Shown: positions 58,842 through 64,000 of the stretch, piece after piece
Position numbering within the stretch: the first letter of the stretch is position 1
How the letters are laid out: each line of letters begins with the position of its first letter
IMG/VR virus record: IMGVR_UViG_3300031992_000089
Location: 1,911-65,910 of that record
Reading direction: 5' to 3' (one strand)
Source: a virus
Lineage: Duplodnaviria > Caudoviricetes
DNA length: 64,000 nt
Made by a program: the position numbers and the translations under genes
The notes under the pieces: model-generated
What the model was told of the DNA's origin: nothing
The model's database searches: none
What the model saw: only the letters and a program-made list of their open reading frames with translations

Positions 58842-58882
58842 GTAATTATGAACAAATTGTATCGTAATTATGAACAAATTGT
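58842..58882. repeat. 19-bp direct repeat with 22-bp period in the promoter region of the 58230 gene
   Basis: GTAATTATGAACAAATTGT at 58842-58860 and 58864-58882; partial CAAATTGT at 58829-58836. Confidence 0.8.
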
Positions 58883-59281
58883 AAACATACACTATTATAT
58901 ATTCCTTTATAAGAGAATAGCATGGAATGACGTTGTAACCTCTCCGTAACATTTGCGTAACCTGCCCATCCTTTTCTGTAACATCCCTACCTAATTCCCG
59001 GAAGTCGCTGCCCCGGGGCCAGGGAGGCTTGGGCCACAGCCTACTCGCCAGCCCGGAGGACGGACAGCGGGACGGCTGGCTGGACGGAGGGCAATTCTGC
59101 CACCTGGCTGGAGGGCTGGCTGGATGGACCGTAGAACCAACCTCAAGGTGGGCCAGTTGGAGGGCCAGAAGGCCATAGGGCCAACCGTGCTACCCTCAAA
59201 GGCACAGGCCCAAACCTAAAGATAACTGAAAGTAAAATGCCCAGAGCGAACTCCGGGCACTAAACTACTCTAGGCTAAATA

Positions 59282-60484
59282 TCAGTAATGATAGGAAAGC
59301 CACTGACAAATGAACTCATGTTCTTCTTGGCAGTTAGGTGCTAGGCACTTATCATCTTCGAACTGTCTGCGGAACTTTGCCAGTAGTTTGTTGTACATTG
59401 TAGATGGTAATGTCACTGTCATCTGTCTGTCAAACTTAAGGGAGTAGTAAGTAAATGTGCTGTAGGATGTCATAAAAATACCTTCTTTCTGTGCGCTCTG
59501 CACTCTTTGATACTTTCATTGTAATGCCATTACTATACCCTATAATACAGGTCAACACTGAATTTATCGTATTTTTCCACCATTACTTTTTTTCAGTGGT
59601 GGGCTCGTTTTTTGTGGCAGAGGCCATTGCCGCGGGATACTAAATTGACCGTACTAATATTCTACTAATTTTAGGCTTCTGCCAGAGTACATATTTGTAG
59701 GGGCCACAGAGGGCCCCCATTGTATCAGCCTACCCCACACTGACAGTGGAAGTACACAGGGCATGTACGACCAGAGCAAGTTCCCCATGTATCACATGGC
59801 ATATTGGATACTGCATCTTCAAAGGCTGCAACATTCTCGGTAAACTCTGCATCATGTTCTACATTCTCCTGAATCCACTCATCTAGTGCATCGTCAGATA
59901 ACTGGGCGAGCATAAGCATTTCTTCCATCTCGGTGTCTGTAATAAAATCTAAATCTGTCATGGTAGTACCTTCTTTCTGCGCTATGCGCTATTTGCTTAT
60001 AAGTATAGTATGAGACCGAAGTTATGCCTAATTATACAGGATTATTAAAATAATGGTACACGATTTTCTCTGGCAAGGGCCTATACCCTAGTACTGTGTA
60101 TAAAAAAGAAAGGGCAGATTATACTGCCCTCTCCCATCATTTAGTTGTCTGATAAGGTCTAATGGTCCATGTGATAGGGTCTATCTCAAACATAGCATCT
60201 TCTGCACAGTGGGTCATGATAGCGTAGATACGGTCATTGTGGTACACACAGCACAGGTGATAATAAATAGGTTCATACTCATCTACATCGTCGGACGTCT
60301 GAACAACTGTGGCAAAACCACATTTCTGGTCATCGTAGTGTGCAAACTTAGGCTCACCTAAATCCAGGTCGCACAATTCACTATCGGTGATATCAGGCTC
60401 AAAATACTTCTCAATAGCGGTGACAGTCATAGCGACTTCATACAGGTCACGGTCTTCTGATTTATAAAGTTCTGCAAATCTCAT
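59282..60484 (-). other. Three monocistronic small early-type genes: 59282-59473, 59725-59961, 60137-60484
   Basis: Each has the RBS AGAAAGAAGGTA preceded by a small hairpin, and a hairpin after its stop codon. Confidence 0.7.
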
Positions 60485-61544
60485 AGGTAGTACCTTCTTT
60501 CCGTTCGCTCTATGCGAACTGTTTAATATGTATATAGTATAATGCCCTACACGCTGCCCTGTCGAGCGGCGAGCATATAGCGCATTTCTGGCAAGGGCCT
60601 ATACCAGCATAATGGTGATGTAACCTCGCCGTAATATGCCTGTAACACAGGGCATGGGCCGTAGCCTAATATGTATATTTTGTAGATTCTATATATTATC
60701 CTCTCCTGCACTTACTTACGGCAGACTTCCCAGGCTTGGGCCAAAACCTATATACACACGCATAAGAAGTCCCTCTGTCAGAGAAAGGTACAAAGACTCC
60801 GGCAGAGGGGACAACTGAATATCAAGTAGAGTGGTTGAATAAGACAAGGTCATCAGAGTGCGATATGACCTAACTGTGTATGAAGGATCGCGGTCGATAG
60901 AAAGTGGGAAAACATATCTACTGGCGTAACTCACTCTACATATATAGTATATCATAGGGCTATGTGCCGGTACAAATGGTGTGTTACAGCGATTTTCTGT
61001 GGCAATATAAACCATGGTAGTCTTGAAAAGTGTGTGGTTTTGACCCCTAGTAGGACACAAAATTTCCGAAATTATTGCCATGGTTTACACAAATTGCCAT
61101 GGTTTTTGCTGGTTTTGGCCCTATCTTACACCCCATTTTGCACGCTTTTTGGGCTTCGGCCAAGACCATTTTTCATGCGTGGACCTGGTCAAATATTTGA
61201 CCAGATAGGCAAAAATAACAAAATTGATTTTGTTTAATCGGACGCGCAAACGCTACGGTCCCAGTCGTTCCGGCGATTGTGATTTTTGGCGATTCTGGCG
61301 GGGATACGGAATTATATAAAGGTGTTTATATAAAAAAGGTGCTGGTAGATTCGAGATTATTAAGGGGTGCGGGCCTATCTGCTGGCTGGTCTGCTGGCTG
61401 GATGGTTATGGTCTGTATATTATTACTGTATAAGGGAGAGAGTAGTATTTGGATGTATAATAATCCTCTTTTTCTTCCGCCGCGGTGTAAGGAGATTTGT
61501 AATGGTGTATTACTATATATAGGTGTAATCCTTATTAGGAGATA

Positions 61545-61576
61545 AGAAAAAGGGTGTTGTTAGCACCCTCTTCTTT
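61545..61576. terminator. Intrinsic terminator
   Basis: AAGAAAAGGGTG-loop-CACCCTCTTCTT. Confidence 0.7.
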
Positions 61577-61593
61577 ATCGCCCGATATAGGTT

Positions 61594-62337
61594 TTATGCT
61601 GATACTGGCTCTGCTTTCTTTGCCTTTGCTCTGTTTTTGGTCACTTTCTTTGCCGTTTTAGGCTTGTTTTCTACTGCAGGCTTTGCTTCTGCTGTAGGTT
61701 TTTCCTCTGCTTTGGCTTCTCTTTTAGCCTTTGCTTCTGCTTTTGCCTTAGCCTTTTCCTCTCTCGCCTTGGCTCTGGCATCGTCTGTATTTTCGAGGAT
61801 AGCACAGACGGTCTTTACTACTTCACCGATGCCGTAGTAAGAGATGCCCTCTTTATAGGAAGTCTTTGCCTGACCTGCCTTGTTCCTTGCTACCTCAAAC
61901 CGCAGTTCCTCTTCCAGGGCAGTCAACTGCTCACGGTTCATCTCTGCACACGAGGTGCACAGGGCAAAAGAGATGTCACCCGTCTTATAGTTCGGGCGCT
62001 TTGTGTACACCTGAATCATGGAATCTCCGGCATCATCAACTACACGGTAGTAGTCAACAAGCCACTGATTACACTGCCCCTTCGCAAGTTGAGCATCGGT
62101 CTTGTTGTGGAAGCCGGACTTCTCATAGTTGGCATCGAGAACAAGGTGTCTGTTCTGTCCTTCCAGGGCTTTTGCAAGTTCGCGGTACACGAGCAAGCAA
62201 TACTTCTCCTTGTTGGAGAGTGTGGTGATGTCGATGTTCTCATTAGGTCCGAGAATGCCCTGCAAGGTATCATCTGTAACGGTAACGAGTTCCTCGGCGA
62301 GTTCATTGATGGTCTTGATGGTCTCATTGTTCTTCAT
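61594..62337 (-). CDS. Hypothetical protein with Lys/Ala-rich (histone H1-like) tail
   Basis: RBS AAGGAGG; tail AKAREEKAKAKAEAKAK...KTAKKVTK; own promoter and terminator. Confidence 0.85.
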   Translation of the reverse strand: MKNNETIKTINELAEELVTVTDDTLQGILGPNENIDITTLSNKEKYCLLVYRELAKALEGQNRHLVLDANYEKSGFHNKTDAQLAKGQCNQWLVDYYRVVDDAGDSMIQVYTKRPNYKTGDISFALCTSCAEMNREQLTALEEELRFEVARNKAGQAKTSYKEGISYYGIGEVVKTVCAILENTDDARAKAREEKAKAKAEAKAKREAKAEEKPTAEAKPAVENKPKTAKKVTKNRAKAKKAEPVSA

Positions 62338-62401
62338 GGTTTTGTTCCTCCTTTAAGGTCGTTTTAATCTGTAGGTGTATCTATCTTCACTCTACGACTT
62401 C

Positions 62402-62431
62402 ATTATAACATACACAAACGCTAAAAGCGAA
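62402..62431 (-). promoter_or_regulatory. sigmaA-type promoter
   Basis: CCTTTCGCTTTTAGCGTTTGTGTATGTTATAAT. Confidence 0.65.
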
Positions 62432-62617
62432 AGGTTTACTGAAAATTCCCACCATTATTTTATAATAAGGATAGGAGCAAGTATGCCTGATATGCGGCTA
62501 GGATTTCTTCATCTGCCCATACCATCTCGTACTCTTCATCGGTAAGGTCATCTGTATTGATACCTGTCTCGTATCTATACCACTGGTCGAAAGACATGGG
62601 CATTATTATCACCTCCC

Positions 62618-63872
62618 TTAAATCATAGCCTCAATCTTCTTGATGATACCGTTGAGGACTTGCAATTTTGCCTTATCCTCGTCATCGAGTTTTTCTTTAG
62701 GTAAGAAGTCGTAAACATCCTCGAGTACAGGATTTCCATCTTCATCCAGTACCGGAACTCGCTTATCTAACTCCCTATCCCATTTGGTCTTCTCTGTCTT
62801 TTCACCCGTAGGCTTGTATTCCTTGGTGATGTCGTCACGACGACGGTACAACTCCTTTGCCGCGCACTCCAGGTACTCAATCTCTAACTTTCTTGCCTCA
62901 AACTTGGTCATCTCATATGCCATAATAAATTCCTCCTTAATATGCCTGCTTTACATAACTATATGAAATCTGGTCTCCGAAGACCTTCTTCATACTCTTT
63001 TCTCCGTCCCTAGCCATATCTTCTGTATAGTAGGGGTAAGTGTTCTGTTCACCTGAAATCCAAATCACCACTAAATCGTATGCCATAATCATTCCTCCTC
63101 ACTTACATCTGCCGAACGCTGATAATAGGCTAGCAGTCTCGAACGGGATCGGCTCTGCTTACTCATTGTGGCGTAGGCTCTGAACTCTTCCATGGTTCTA
63201 AAGAAGCGACGGTACACTTTCTCTTGGTTCGACATGAACACTGCCATGTACGTTTCATTCATCCTCGCCATGCGGGTGTCAACGATGTCATCGATAACGG
63301 TGAGGACTACGGGGTTCTGTACTGCTACTGGATCAACTTTTTTCTTTGCCATAATTCAACATCTCCTTCATACTGTGATGGTAAGCATCTTTTATCTTAC
63401 ATACATATTATAATATACACAAACACGAATTGCAAAAGGTCTATCACAACTTCTGGTCAAAAAACGTCTCCATCAGCCTCTGTCCGTAAGATATGGATTC
63501 ATGGTCGGTTTCAATATATCCAGGCTCGGAGAATGAATACTTATAATAGGATATATATTCTGTCATACCCTCTTCACCTTCGACCTCTTTTGCCAGCGAA
63601 TGAGATAATCCCCAGCCCATGATATACACACCCGAATTATTAGCGAGTGACCCAGACCGTTTGTAGAAAATACCCTTTATCTTCCAGTCCAGCATCGGGA
63701 TAGTAATAAAATCTTCGGCATACGTATAGCCATGCTTCATCAGCTGGTAAATAAACTCTTTAGGTAAACTTTGTAACTGGTTAACTTCTCTTGGCTCTTT
63801 CATCTTCATTTCCTCCTTACTGGTAATCTTCATCATGTCCTGTATAGGACGTCTCAACGTATCGCCACTCAC
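62618..63872 (-). other. Small hypothetical early-type genes: 62618-62923, 63089-63352, 63444-63872 or a downstream start, plus short ORFs near 62460-62605 and 62920-63085
   Basis: Minus-strand ORFs with GGAGG RBSs. Confidence 0.65.
63407..63435 (-). promoter_or_regulatory. sigmaA-type promoter
   Basis: TTGCAA-N17-TATAAT. Confidence 0.7.
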
Positions 63873-64000
63873 CTTTAAACTCGCTTAATAACTTGGTGAC
63901 ATCTGGCTTCCACTCATCAACTCGGCAGTCATAATCCCAAAGTCTTCCATTATATGAAAGAGTACCTACAACGGCATCATCTTCCATAACAAGACCTTCA

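Noticed and set aside
58991-59176. 61-aa Pro/Arg/Gly-rich ORF in the GC-rich tract
   Set aside because: Composition unlike all other genes, and no convincing RBS; treated as non-coding

Overview
64 kb of a tailed dsDNA phage genome (siphovirus). SPP1/A118-like morphogenesis genes, sigmaA-type promoters and Clostridia-like proteins point to a Bacillota host, probably from gut or rumen (inference). No integrase, repressor, CRISPR array or reverse transcriptase is visible. Layout: 1-165 is the end of a tRNA/tRNA-like array. 192-24148 (minus strand) holds small accessory genes, a QueC-like/methyltransferase pair, a complete bacterial-type clamp loader (delta, delta', gamma), a beta clamp, two tandem [partner + GT-A glycosyltransferase] modules coupled to a family A DNA polymerase, SSB, RecA, two resolvases, a Cas4-like nuclease and primase. 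24241-34369 (plus strand) holds an SNF2 helicase, replication initiator, DnaC-like loader, DnaB-like helicase and a shuffled array of Zn-ribbon accessory genes. 34524-57855 (minus strand) covers lysis, tail, head and packaging, with a GT-B glycosyltransferase directly behind the major capsid gene. 58021-64000 is a gene-sparse early/terminal-looking region. The most striking observations are: (i) a ~900 bp block almost free of GG/CC dinucleotides abutting a GGCC-rich block; (ii) terminal xxLF peptides on the polymerase, a glycosyltransferase partner, the methyltransferase and two other proteins, suggesting docking on the phage's own clamp and replication-coupled DNA modification; (iii) the duplicated glycosylation module; and (iv) a candidate virion glycosyltransferase. 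All functional calls come from motif recognition by eye; no database searches were run.
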